From Gammaproteobacteria bacterium (GTDB taxonomy: Bacteria; Pseudomonadota; Gammaproteobacteria; Eutrophobiales; Eutrophobiaceae), in assembly GCA_963422205.2 (NCBI GenBank), contig CAXMWX010000001.1:1-64000 (forward strand): a stretch of DNA of 64,000 nucleotides. The letters run 5' to 3'. Every line of letters starts with the position of its first letter. Position 1 is the first letter of the stretch. The notes below the pieces were generated by a model. The model was not told where the DNA came from. It saw only the letters and a list, made by a program, of their open reading frames with translations, and searched no databases. A program made the position numbers and the translations under genes. Shown piece by piece: positions 13,341 through 23,270 of the stretch.

Positions 13341-14600
13341 ATGCAGCACGAATTTCCCCGCATTAACCGTTTGCCGCCGTATGTCTTTAATATCGTGAAC
13401 GATCTGAAGATGCAGCAGCGCCGATGCGGTGAGGGCATTATTGATTTTGGCATGGGTAATCCTGACCAGCCCACCCCGCCGCATAGTGTCGATAAACTGG
13501 TGGAGGTTACCCGGCGCCCGGATACCCATCGTTATCCCACCTCCCGGGGCATGGTGCGTCTGCGGCGGGCGATCTGCCGCTGGTATGCCGAGCGTTATGA
13601 GGTTACGTTAAACCCAAAAACCGAGGCAATCGTCACCCTGGGGTCAAAAGAGGGGCTGGTGCATCTGGCGATGGCGATCATGGAACAGGGGGATTCTGTG
13701 CTGCTGCCCAACCCGTCATACCCTGTGCACCCGTTTGGTTTTGTGATCGCCGGTGCTGATGTGCGGCATGTCCCCATCAGGCCGGACCGTGATTTTTTTG
13801 CTGAACTGGAGGATGCAATCCGCACGCTCTGGCCAAAGCCCCCGGCGTTGTTGTTTAATTTCCCCAGCAACCCGACCACACAATGCGTGAGCCTGGATTT
13901 TTTTCGCCAGGCGGTGGCGTTTGCCAGGCAGCACCGGATCTGGATCATCCAGGATCTCGCCTGTGCCGATATCGTTTTTGATGGGTATCAGGCACCTTCT
14001 ATCTTGCAGGTCGCTGGTGCGAAAGCGCGGGCGGTCGAGTTTTTCTCCTTATCGAAAAGCGATAACATGCCCGGCTGGCGGCTCGGCTTCATGGTCGGTT
14101 GCCCGGTGCTGGTGGCTGCCCTGGCCCGGCTCAAATCGTATCTGGATTATGGCATGTTCACGCCAGTGCAGGTGGCGGCAATCACCGAGCTGGAGGGCGA
14201 TCAGCAATGTGTCGGGGAGATTTCTCGGAGGTATCAGGGGCGGAGGGATATGTTGTGTGCTGGCCTTAACGCCATAGGCTGGCGGGTGGAGAAACCCCGG
14301 GCCACCCTGTTTGTCTGGGCGCCTATCCCGGCACAGTATCGGCAAATGGGCTCGCTGGCGTTTGCCAAAAAACTGCTGCTGGAGGCGAGGGTTGCGGTCG
14401 CGCCCGGCATCGGGTTTGGGGAGTACGGCGATGGGTTTGTGCGTTTCGCCCTGATCGAAAATGCACATCGAACCCGTCAGGCAATTCGAGGTATTCGCAC
14501 CATGTTCAGGCAGGATGCGATTTTAAGTCAATCTGGCCTAACTCAGGCTGACGTCAATCAATCGGCTGGCATCAGGTTGGCTGGACAAGCGATACATTAA
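13341..14600 (+). CDS. alaC: Class I PLP aminotransferase, AlaC-like
   Basis: FPRINRLPPYVF, DFGMGNPD, NFPSNPT, SKSxNMPGWRLG; precedes hom-thrC. Confidence 0.85.
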   Translation: MQHEFPRINRLPPYVFNIVNDLKMQQRRCGEGIIDFGMGNPDQPTPPHSVDKLVEVTRRPDTHRYPTSRGMVRLRRAICRWYAERYEVTLNPKTEAIVTLGSKEGLVHLAMAIMEQGDSVLLPNPSYPVHPFGFVIAGADVRHVPIRPDRDFFAELEDAIRTLWPKPPALLFNFPSNPTTQCVSLDFFRQAVAFARQHRIWIIQDLACADIVFDGYQAPSILQVAGAKARAVEFFSLSKSDNMPGWRLGFMVGCPVLVAALARLKSYLDYGMFTPVQVAAITELEGDQQCVGEISRRYQGRRDMLCAGLNAIGWRVEKPRATLFVWAPIPAQYRQMGSLAFAKKLLLEARVAVAPGIGFGEYGDGFVRFALIENAHRTRQAIRGIRTMFRQDAILSQSGLTQADVNQSAGIRLAGQAIH

Positions 14601-14624
14601 CCGCAGACTTTCTAAGGATAAAAC

Positions 14625-15938
14625 ATGCAACCGGTCAAGCTGGGTTTATTGGGTTTAGGCACTGTTGGCGGTGGTACGGTGACGGTGTTAAGCCGTAACG
14701 CCGAGGAGATTCACCGTCGGGCGGGGCGGGAAATCGTCATCCGCCATGCAGCGGCCAGGGAATATGACCCGCATGTCATTGAGGGTATTGGGCAAATCAA
14801 CACCCTCTCCGATGATGCGTTTGCCGTGGTGAATGATCCGGATATCGATATTGTCATTGAGCTGATTGGCGGCTGCCACCCGGCGCGCGAACTGGTGTTG
14901 CAGGCGCTGGCGAACAGGAAACACGTGGTCACAGCCAACAAGGCCCTGATTGCATTGCATGGCAATGAAATTTTCGCAGCGGCCAGGGAGCATGGCGTGA
15001 CCGTTGCCTTTGAGGCGGCCGTGGCCGGGGGCATACCCATCATCAAGGCCATGCGCGAGGGCCTGGCCGCCAACCATATCCGTTGGGTGGCGGGCATCAT
15101 CAACGGCACGGGTAATTATATCCTCACCGAGATGCGCGATAAGGGCAGGGATTTTGCCGAAATACTGAAAGAAGCACAGGCACTGGGCTATGCCGAGGCG
15201 GATCCGGCGTTTGATATTGAGGGTACGGATGCAGCGCACAAGCTGACGATCATGGCATCGCTTGCCTTTGGTATTGCCCTGCAATTTGATAAAACCTGTA
15301 CCGAGGGTATCACCGCGATTGAGCCGCGTGATGTGCTGTATGCCGGTGAGTTGGGTTATCGCATCAAACACTTAGGCATTACCCGCCGCACCGCCAGGGG
15401 GATAGAGTTGCGCGTGCATCCCACCCTGATCCCGGAGCAATGCCTGCTTGCCAATGTCGATGGCGTGATGAATGCCGTGCTGGTAGCTGCCGATGCGGTT
15501 GGCCCGACCTTGTACTACGGTGCGGGGGCCGGCTCGCTGCCAACGGCCTCAGCGGTCATTGCCGATGTGGTGGATGTCGTGCGTACCTTGACCACCGCCC
15601 AGGAAAATCGGGTGCCTCATCTGGCTTTTCAGCCCCGGGCGATGGCCGATATTCCCGTGTTGGACATCGCTGAGATTGAAACCGCCTACTACCTGCGGCT
15701 GGCGGTCACTGACAGGCCCGGTGTGCTGGCCGATATTACCCGCATCCTTGGCGATCATCATATCAGTATCGAAGCCATTCTCCAGAGAACACCAGCGAAG
15801 AGTGCCACATCCGTGCCCGTGATCCTGTTGACTCAGCGGGTGCTGGAGCGGAACATGAACAATGCCATTGTGCAGTTGGAACGGCTGGTATCGGTATCGG
15901 GGCCGGTGCACCGTATACGGGTTGAGTCGCTGTCCTGA
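14625..15938 (+). CDS. hom: Homoserine dehydrogenase with C-terminal ACT domain
   Basis: [39 protein letters not shown]. Confidence 0.96.
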   Translation: MQPVKLGLLGLGTVGGGTVTVLSRNAEEIHRRAGREIVIRHAAAREYDPHVIEGIGQINTLSDDAFAVVNDPDIDIVIELIGGCHPARELVLQALANRKHVVTANKALIALHGNEIFAAAREHGVTVAFEAAVAGGIPIIKAMREGLAANHIRWVAGIINGTGNYILTEMRDKGRDFAEILKEAQALGYAEADPAFDIEGTDAAHKLTIMASLAFGIALQFDKTCTEGITAIEPRDVLYAGELGYRIKHLGITRRTARGIELRVHPTLIPEQCLLANVDGVMNAVLVAADAVGPTLYYGAGAGSLPTASAVIADVVDVVRTLTTAQENRVPHLAFQPRAMADIPVLDIAEIETAYYLRLAVTDRPGVLADITRILGDHHISIEAILQRTPAKSATSVPVILLTQRVLERNMNNAIVQLERLVSVSGPVHRIRVESLS

Positions 15939-15964
15939 TCACACATTGTGAAGATAACCGCTTG

Positions 15965-17089
15965 ATGAGTCACACTACCGGCCTGATCGCCCGTTATCGG
16001 GACCGGCTGCCCGTGGATGCAGATGCCCGGATCATCTCCTTGGGCGAGGGCAACACGCCGCTGATCCCGCTGGTGAATATTCCCGCCCGCCTGCACAGGG
16101 CGGTGCAGCTGTATGTGAAGTTCGAAGGGCTGAACCCGACCGGCTCTTTTAAGGATCGTGGCATGACTATGGCGGTGACCCAGGCGGTTGCCGAGGGCGC
16201 ACAGGCGATCATCTGCGCCTCCACCGGCAATACCTCCGCTTCGGCGGCTGCCTATGCGGCACGGGCTGGCATACGTGCTTTTGTGCTGATTCCTGAAGGT
16301 AAGATTGCTCTCGGCAAGCTGGCGCAGGCGATGATGCACGGGGCGACCATATTGCAGATAGCAGGCAATTTTGATGCGAGCATGTCCTTGGTGAGGCAGG
16401 TGGCTGAGGAAGCACCGGTGGTGATGGTCAACTCTGTCAACCCCTATCGCCTGCAGGGACAAAAAACGGCGGCCTTTGAAATCGTTGACGAGCTGGGCGT
16501 GGCACCGGATTATCACTGCCTGCCCGTGGGCAATGCGGGGAATATCTCCGCCTACTGGAGCGGTTATTCAGAATATGCCGGCCATACCACTGCCGCCTGC
16601 GCTTTTTGTGCCGATCACTGTGTTTATGAAAGGCCAGCGGTGATCACATCCCGCCCTAAGATGCTGGGTTATCAGGCCGAGGGGGCGGCGCCTTTTCTGC
16701 ATGGCGGGCCGGTAGCGGCACCTGAAACAGTGGCCACGGCAATCCGTATTGGTGCGCCGCAATCCTGGGCGCTGGCCTGGGCGGCCAGCAGGGAGTCGGG
16801 CGGCTGGTTTGATGCCTTCTCTGATCAGGAGATACTGGCAACACAACGGCTGCTCGCTGAACAAGAGGGGGTGTTTTGTGAACCGGCATCGGCGGTCTGC
16901 ATTGCCGGTGCCATCCGTGATATTCAAGCGGGCAGGATCGCTGAGGGCAGCCTGGTGGTTTGTACCTTGACCGGTCACGGCTTAAAAGACCCGGACAGCG
17001 CTGTTGGGCAGCACAGCGATGCCTTATTGCGGGTGCCGGCCAGGCTGGATGAGGTCAGGCAGGCGATCATGGATCATCTGCCAGCTTGA
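15965..17089 (+). CDS. thrC: Threonine synthase
   Basis: [38 protein letters not shown]; follows hom. Confidence 0.95.
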   Translation: MSHTTGLIARYRDRLPVDADARIISLGEGNTPLIPLVNIPARLHRAVQLYVKFEGLNPTGSFKDRGMTMAVTQAVAEGAQAIICASTGNTSASAAAYAARAGIRAFVLIPEGKIALGKLAQAMMHGATILQIAGNFDASMSLVRQVAEEAPVVMVNSVNPYRLQGQKTAAFEIVDELGVAPDYHCLPVGNAGNISAYWSGYSEYAGHTTAACAFCADHCVYERPAVITSRPKMLGYQAEGAAPFLHGGPVAAPETVATAIRIGAPQSWALAWAASRESGGWFDAFSDQEILATQRLLAEQEGVFCEPASAVCIAGAIRDIQAGRIAEGSLVVCTLTGHGLKDPDSAVGQHSDALLRVPARLDEVRQAIMDHLPA

Positions 17090-17123
17090 TGACAGCTCAC
17101 GGATTGACACTGGCGGCGGGCTG

Positions 17124-18224
17124 ATGACAAACATCACGCTGTATATCCCTGATTTATTCGGGCCTGATTTATTCGAACCTGATCTGCTGGGGCCGGATGA
17201 CGCATTGGCGGCTGACATGCCTGATCTGCCAGCGCTGTCCAGCCTGCTGTCAAAGGCAAGCTGCGAGGTGGTGCCTGTCCAGTCAAGCTACCATACAGCG
17301 TATCAACTCATGGGCTTTGCCGCCCGGCCCGGCCAGGATGTGCCGGTGGCGGTGGTGACTCGCCGTATCGATCAGGGGGTCGATCGGGGGGCAGATCGAT
17401 CGGGGGATCCAGCGGCGGCCAGCTCTGAAGATACTTGGCTGCGGGCTGATCCCGTACATCTGCATGTTGGGCGGGAGGGGGTGGTGATGTTGGATACCTC
17501 GGCTGTTGAATTAACCCGACAGGAAGCCAGGGCGCTGGCCGATGAGCTTTGCGAGAGCTTTGCATCCAGGGGGTGGGCGCTGGAGGTGCCGGTGCCGAAT
17601 CGCTGGTATCTGCGCCTGCCGGAGCCGGTTGATATACACACGGTTGCACCAGAGAAGGCGGCAGGGGGCGGTATGTTGCAGCACCTGCCTGAGGGCCGGC
17701 AGGCACCGGACTGGCATCGGCTGCTGAATGACATCCAGATGCGGCTGCATCAGAGCGAAGTCAATCAGCGGCGTGAGCAACGGGGCGAGTTGAGCATCAA
17801 CAGCCTCTGGTTGTGGGGCAGTGGTGCTGAACCTGCTGGCGTTCCGGCACGTTGGGACAGGGTTTACAGTGCAGATGTGTTTGTGCAGGGGCTGGCAGAC
17901 TTATCCCGCACGCCATGCCATGCCCTGCCTGCTTCGATCGAGGAGTTGGACCTGCCTGCTTATCCACAGGAAAATGTGTTGATCTGCCTTGATGGTATCT
18001 GGCGCCGGGGGCAGCAGCAGGGCGGGTATGCCATGTTGCTGGACTATGAGCAGCGCTGGTTTTCGCCGTTACTTAAATATGCCCGACGGGCACGCCGGGC
18101 AGAAGTGGTGATCCATGGCGGTACCCGGATTTTTTATCTTAACCCGATGCGCCTGATGTTTTTCTGGAACAGAACCCGGCCCTTTGCCTGGTTTGCTAAT
18201 CTGCCACGTACCTCATGCAGATAA
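17124..18224 (+). CDS. Conserved protein upstream of recJ (phosphoglycerate mutase-related/RpfE-like family)
   Basis: WLRADPVHL, LLNDIQMRLH, NQRREQRGELSINSLWLWG motifs; overlaps recJ start. Confidence 0.7.
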   Translation: MTNITLYIPDLFGPDLFEPDLLGPDDALAADMPDLPALSSLLSKASCEVVPVQSSYHTAYQLMGFAARPGQDVPVAVVTRRIDQGVDRGADRSGDPAAASSEDTWLRADPVHLHVGREGVVMLDTSAVELTRQEARALADELCESFASRGWALEVPVPNRWYLRLPEPVDIHTVAPEKAAGGGMLQHLPEGRQAPDWHRLLNDIQMRLHQSEVNQRREQRGELSINSLWLWGSGAEPAGVPARWDRVYSADVFVQGLADLSRTPCHALPASIEELDLPAYPQENVLICLDGIWRRGQQQGGYAMLLDYEQRWFSPLLKYARRARRAEVVIHGGTRIFYLNPMRLMFFWNRTRPFAWFANLPRTSCR

Positions 18225-19933
18225 GACAGCGCCCGGCCAATAGCGATCATTGTTTGCCGGAAGAACTACACCCGGTGTTGCAACGAATTTTTGCGGGGCG
18301 TGATGTGAGTACGGCTGCAGAAATTGACTATCCGCTGGAGAACCTGCTGCCGTTTGGTGCGCTTAAAAATATCCATGCGGCGGTCGCCTTGTTGCAGGAT
18401 GCAGCAGAGCAGAATAAAGCCATTTTAATCATTGCCGATTATGATGCTGATGGTGCCACGGCCTGTGCCGTGGCCCTTCGGGGTTTGTCGGCCATGGGGG
18501 TTAAACAGGTCAGCTACCTAGTGCCGGACCGGGCAAAACACGGCTATGGCCTCAGCCTGGATGTCGCCCGGCTGGCACTGGACTACGATCCTGATCTGAT
18601 CGTCACCGTTGATAACGGCATCGCCAGTATTGACGGGATCGCCTTTGCCAGACAAGCCGGTGTGGATGTGCTGGTCACCGATCACCATCTGCCCGGTGCG
18701 AACCTGCCGGAGGCCACCGTCATCATCAATCCCAATCAACACGGGGATGAGTTTGCCAGCAAACACTTAGCCGGGGTCGGCGTGATGTTTTATGTCTTGC
18801 TGGCCTTGCGTGCCCGCCTGCGTGAGCAGGGCTGGTTTGAGGCGAGAGCCCTGCCCGTGCCTCACCTGGCGGCCTTGTTGGATCTGGTTGCCCTGGGGAC
18901 GATAGCCGATGTCGTCCGGCTGGATTATAACAATCGGATTCTGGTGCATCAGGGACTGAGACGGATACGCCACAGCCGTTGTTGCCCGGGTATGCTGGCG
19001 CTGTTACAGGTAGCCGGCCGAGAGCCAGAAAAAATCACCTCATCTGATTTGGGTTATCTCATCGGCCCGCGGCTGAATGCGGCCGGGCGGCTTCAGGACA
19101 TGAGTATCGGTATTGAATGCCTGATCAGTGATGATCCCTCTCAGGCACTGGCGCTGGCGCATGATTTGGATGCGCTTAACCGGGAAAGAAAGGCGATCCA
19201 GGCCGACATGCAGCAGGCTGCCGAGCAGCACTTGCAGGCGATGCGTGCACAGTCGGCCGGTCGGTTGCCTGATGGGGTTTGTCTATACAGCGATAGCTGG
19301 CACCAGGGGGTGATCGGCATTCTCGCCTCCCGCATCAAGGAGGATTGCAACCGCCCGGTGTTTGTCTTTGCCGCCGATGAGGATGGCGATCTAAAGGGTT
19401 CAGGCCGCTCGGTTGCCGGGGTGCATCTTAAAGATGTGTTGGAATCACTGGCCAGCCAGTCGCCCGATTTGATCATGCGTTTTGGTGGTCATGCCATGGC
19501 GGCCGGTTTGACGATTACCCGGGAAAACTATGCCGAATTTTGTCAGTTATTCGATGCGGAGATCAAAAAAATAACCGCCGGGCAAGCACCAGGAAATGAC
19601 GTCCTGACCGATGGCGAGCTGGATCATGCGGACTTTTCCGTGCACCTGGCACAACAGATTGCTGCGGCCGGCCCCTGGGGGCAGGGCTTTCCTGAGCCGG
19701 TGTTTAACGGCAGTTTTTTTATTGCCCACAGCCGGACGGTGGGGGATAAGCATCTTCAGCTGAAGCTGAGAGTGGCCGATGATGACAGATTGCTCAATGC
19801 GATTGCCTTTAACACCAGCGAACATGCCGTCCGCCAGGCCGATACCGTGGAGCTGGTATATCAACTGGCGGTCAATGATTATCAGGGGCAGCAATCGCTG
19901 CAATTACTGATCAAGCATATTCAATGCAACTGA
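18215..19933 (+). CDS. recJ: ssDNA-specific exonuclease RecJ
   Basis: DYDADG, TVDNGI, TDHH, PRLNAAGRL, GGHAMAAG. Confidence 0.96.
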   Translation: MQIRQRPANSDHCLPEELHPVLQRIFAGRDVSTAAEIDYPLENLLPFGALKNIHAAVALLQDAAEQNKAILIIADYDADGATACAVALRGLSAMGVKQVSYLVPDRAKHGYGLSLDVARLALDYDPDLIVTVDNGIASIDGIAFARQAGVDVLVTDHHLPGANLPEATVIINPNQHGDEFASKHLAGVGVMFYVLLALRARLREQGWFEARALPVPHLAALLDLVALGTIADVVRLDYNNRILVHQGLRRIRHSRCCPGMLALLQVAGREPEKITSSDLGYLIGPRLNAAGRLQDMSIGIECLISDDPSQALALAHDLDALNRERKAIQADMQQAAEQHLQAMRAQSAGRLPDGVCLYSDSWHQGVIGILASRIKEDCNRPVFVFAADEDGDLKGSGRSVAGVHLKDVLESLASQSPDLIMRFGGHAMAAGLTITRENYAEFCQLFDAEIKKITAGQAPGNDVLTDGELDHADFSVHLAQQIAAAGPWGQGFPEPVFNGSFFIAHSRTVGDKHLQLKLRVADDDRLLNAIAFNTSEHAVRQADTVELVYQLAVNDYQGQQSLQLLIKHIQCN

Positions 19934-20031
19934 AATGCTGATGTGCTGGCGGTGTATTCGTCTATCCGTCCATCCGGCACTGTAGTAGAATGTGTGCTTC
20001 TTTATAATCCAGTCACGATGATAACAGCACG

Positions 20032-21130
20032 ATGCTTGAGTTAAGCCGCATATTCGTACGCATAAAAGACTATCAATCTCGGCTGGATGCGTTAAGGGGG
20101 TATCTTTGACTATGCCACCAGGGCGGAGCGTCTGATCGAGGTTCAGCGTGAACTTGAACAGCCGGCTGTCTGGGATGACCGCCAGCAGGCGCAGTCCCTG
20201 GGTCAGGAAAGGGCGGCGCTGGAGCGAGTCGTTGGGGCTGTTAATTCGCTGACGACCGGGATCAGGGAGGCCGGGGAGCTGCTGGAGCTGGCCAGAGATG
20301 AGGGCGATCCGGCGGCGGTTGAGGCGGTGCTGGCCGATCTGGATGACTGCGATAAGCAGCTTGCCGAGCTTGAGTTCAGGCGCATGTTTGCAGGCGAGAT
20401 GGATGAGCATGCGGCGTTTCTGGATATCCAGGCCGGCTCTGGCGGCACCGAGGCGCAAGACTGGGCGGAGATGTTGCTTCGCATGTATCTGCGCTGGGGC
20501 GAGCAGCACGATTTTGCCACCGAGTTGATTGCCGTCTCCCCGGGCGATGTTGCCGGTATCAAGAGTGCGGTGGTGCGTTATTCGGGTGCGTATGCCTATG
20601 GCTGGTTACGTACCGAGACCGGGGTGCATCGGCTGGTGCGTAAATCGCCGTTTGATTCAGGCAACCGGCGTCACACCTCGTTTGCTTCGGTGTTTGTCTC
20701 GGCCGAGATAGATGACAGCATTGACATCGCCATCAATCCGGCTGACTTGCGGATTGACACCTACCGTGCCAGTGGTGCGGGTGGTCAGCATGTGAACAAG
20801 ACCGACTCTGCCGTGCGGATTACCCATGAACCCACCGGTGTGGTGGTGCAATGTCAGAATGATCGATCGCAACACAAAAACAGGGAACAGGCCATGAAGC
20901 AACTGCGGGCGAGGCTGTATGAACTGGAGATGCAAAAGCGCCGTTCTGAGCAACAGGTGCTGGAGGATGCCAAGGCGGACATTGGCTGGGGTAGCCAGAT
21001 CCGCTCCTATGTGCTGGATCAATCTCGCATCAAAGACCTGCGTACCGGCGTGGAAGTGAGCAATACCCGGGCTGTGCTGGATGGTGCACTGGATCAGTTT
21101 ATTGCCGCCAGCTTAAAGGCCGGTCTCTAG
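20032..21130 (+). CDS. prfB: Peptide chain release factor 2, expressed through a programmed +1 frameshift
   Basis: ATG at 20032 (MLELSR...LRGYL), AGGGGGTATCTTTGAC slip site, then in frame with the SPF and GGQ motifs. Confidence 0.96.
20095..20110 (+). promoter_or_regulatory. RF2 autoregulatory frameshift site (internal SD AGGGGG plus CTT-TGA-C)
   Basis: Canonical sequence at codons 25-26. Confidence 0.95.
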
Positions 21131-21164
21131 CCGAGCGCAGTCAATACGTTGTAAGCTGATAGCC

Positions 21165-22652
21165 ATGAGCGAGCAGGAGAATGAGATCATCAGGCAGCGG
21201 CGTGCCCGGCTGGTTGAATTGCGCCAGAAGGGCAACGCCTACCCGAATGGCTGGAAGCGTGATGCGCTGGCCGCTGAGTTGCTGGTACGCTATGGTGATC
21301 AGGATAAGGAGCAGCTGGAACGGCAGGCGGTCAGGGTGAAGGTGGCTGGGCGGATGATGAGCCGCCGGGTGATGGGCAAGGCCGCTTTTGCCCATTTGCA
21401 GGATACATCGGGTCGGATTCAGCTGTATGTAAAGAGGGATCACCTGCCTGACGGGCGGTATGCCGATTTCACGCATTGGGATATTGGCGACCTGCTGGCC
21501 GCTGCTGGCCGCTTGATGATAACCCGAACCGGCGAGTTGTCCGTGCAGGTCGATACCCTTCAGCTCGTGACAAAATCTCTGCGCCCGTTGCCGGAGAAAT
21601 TTCATGGCCTGGCCGATCAGGAGACCTGTTACCGGCAACGCTATCTGGATTTGATGATCAACGAGGATGCCCGCAAGACGTTTCAGGTACGCAGCAAGAT
21701 CATCAATTTCATCCGCCGCTATTTTACCGAACAGGGTTTTGTAGAAGTCGAAACGCCCATGATGCACAGCATCCCCGGCGGGGCGACTGCCCGCCCGTTT
21801 ATCACCCACCATAATGCGCTGGATATGGAACTGTATCTGCGTGTTGCCCCTGAGCTCTACTTGAAACGCCTGATCGTTGGCGGTATGGAAAAAGTGTTTG
21901 AGATAAACCGGTGTTTTCGTAATGAGGGTGTATCGCCACGGCATAATCCTGAGTTCACCATGCTGGAATTTTATGAAGCCTATGCGACCTATGAGGATCA
22001 TATAAAACTGACCGAGGATATGTTACGCCGCCTGGTGCAGGCATTGACCGCCAGCAGCGTTATTCATTATCAGGGGCAGGCGTATGATATGAACCAGACC
22101 TTCCAGCGCTTTACGATGCTGGAGGCAATACAGCATTTTAATGCCGGGGTGAGGCAGGATATGCTCACCGATATTACCCGCCTGCGTACATTGGCCGGTC
22201 AGCTGGGGGTGCCGATAGAAAAACATGATGGCATTGGCAAGATTCAGGTGGAGATATTTGAGAAAACCGTGGAAGCCCGGCTGCATGCGCCTACCTTTAT
22301 CACCCGGTATCCGATCGAGGTCTCCCCGCTGGCCCGGCGCAATGATGATGATCCAAAGCTGGCCGATCGGTTTGAATTTTTTATCGCTGGCAGAGAACTT
22401 GCCAACGGTTTCTCCGAACTTAACGATCCAGAGGATCAGGCCGACCGATTCCAGCAACAGCTTGCCAGCAAAGCGGCCGGCGATGTGGAGGCGATGGCCT
22501 ATGATGCCGATTATATCACCGCCCTGGAATACGGGATGCCACCGACAGCGGGCATGGGTATCGGTATAGACAGGCTGGTCATGTTCTTGACAGACTCCCC
22601 CGGAATTCGTGATGTTATTCTCTTCCCGCATTTAAAAAACAAGAGTAACTGA
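21165..22652 (+). CDS. lysS: Lysine--tRNA ligase, class II
   Basis: YRQRYLDL, FRNEG...HNPEFTMLEFY, GMPPTAGMGIGIDRL; follows prfB. Confidence 0.97.
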   Translation: MSEQENEIIRQRRARLVELRQKGNAYPNGWKRDALAAELLVRYGDQDKEQLERQAVRVKVAGRMMSRRVMGKAAFAHLQDTSGRIQLYVKRDHLPDGRYADFTHWDIGDLLAAAGRLMITRTGELSVQVDTLQLVTKSLRPLPEKFHGLADQETCYRQRYLDLMINEDARKTFQVRSKIINFIRRYFTEQGFVEVETPMMHSIPGGATARPFITHHNALDMELYLRVAPELYLKRLIVGGMEKVFEINRCFRNEGVSPRHNPEFTMLEFYEAYATYEDHIKLTEDMLRRLVQALTASSVIHYQGQAYDMNQTFQRFTMLEAIQHFNAGVRQDMLTDITRLRTLAGQLGVPIEKHDGIGKIQVEIFEKTVEARLHAPTFITRYPIEVSPLARRNDDDPKLADRFEFFIAGRELANGFSELNDPEDQADRFQQQLASKAAGDVEAMAYDADYITALEYGMPPTAGMGIGIDRLVMFLTDSPGIRDVILFPHLKNKSN

Positions 22653-22739
22653 TTGAAGTCAAACATGATTTTTAGATTGCTTTTCTCGGTGCTGTCGCTG
22701 GGCGGGCTGGGCAATTAAAGGCGTGCATCACCCGTATCA

Positions 22740-22766
22740 GAAACTTTTTACTTAAATGCAAGTCCA
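22740..22766 (+). promoter_or_regulatory. Candidate sigmaE/ECF-type promoter of the RiPP operon
   Basis: GAAACTT, 16 nt, TCCA resembles the GGAACTT-N16-TCAAA consensus. Confidence 0.35.
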
Positions 22767-22897
22767 TAGCACACGTATCGGCCAGTGTGCTATGATGCGC
22801 CGTGTTGTCAGCTTCCATACAGCGTTAATGACAATACGTAAACTGCGACTCATTACGGGTCGTGCTTCAATTAAACATCCTTCAGGAGGATCCCCTG

Positions 22898-23239
22898 ATG
22901 TCTAAAAAGACTACTCTAAAACCAATTGCCGCGGCTGTGGGCACCACGTTTGCCGTTTCGCTGGCAACCCTGCCCATCGCCAATGCAGCAGAAAATCCTT
23001 TTGCCATGACCGAGCTGAGTAATGGCGGCTACATGGTTGCTGGCGAGCACGGTGCTGAAGCCAAAGATGCCATGGACAAGAAAGATGCCATGGGCAAGAA
23101 GGGCAAGGAAGGCAAATGCGGTGAAGGCAAGTGCGGTGAAGGCAAGAAGGGCAAGGAAGGCAAATGCGGTGAAGGCAAGTGCGGTGAAGGCAAGAAGGGC
23201 AAGGAAGGCAAATGCGGTGAGGGTAAGTGCGGCGGCTAG
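22898..23239 (+). CDS. Secreted EGKCG-repeat RiPP precursor (HvfA/oxazolin, bufferin-type metal-binding peptide)
   Basis: RBS AGGAGG; signal peptide ending ANA; ENPF motif; six EGKCG motifs; directly upstream of DUF692. Confidence 0.9.
   Translation: MSKKTTLKPIAAAVGTTFAVSLATLPIANAAENPFAMTELSNGGYMVAGEHGAEAKDAMDKKDAMGKKGKEGKCGEGKCGEGKKGKEGKCGEGKCGEGKKGKEGKCGEGKCGG
23093..23236 (+). repeat. 3 x 48-bp tandem repeat encoding GKKGKEGKCGEGKCG(E/G)
   Basis: Read directly; third copy differs at a few positions. Confidence 0.95.
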
Positions 23240-23270
23240 GTCACCAAAGCAACGTTATTCTGCTTTTGGT

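Noticed and set aside
23022-23270. N-terminal extension of the DUF692 ORF (KASAVKARR repeats)
   Set aside because: Alternate-frame read of the precursor repeat; the family N-terminus starts at 23271.
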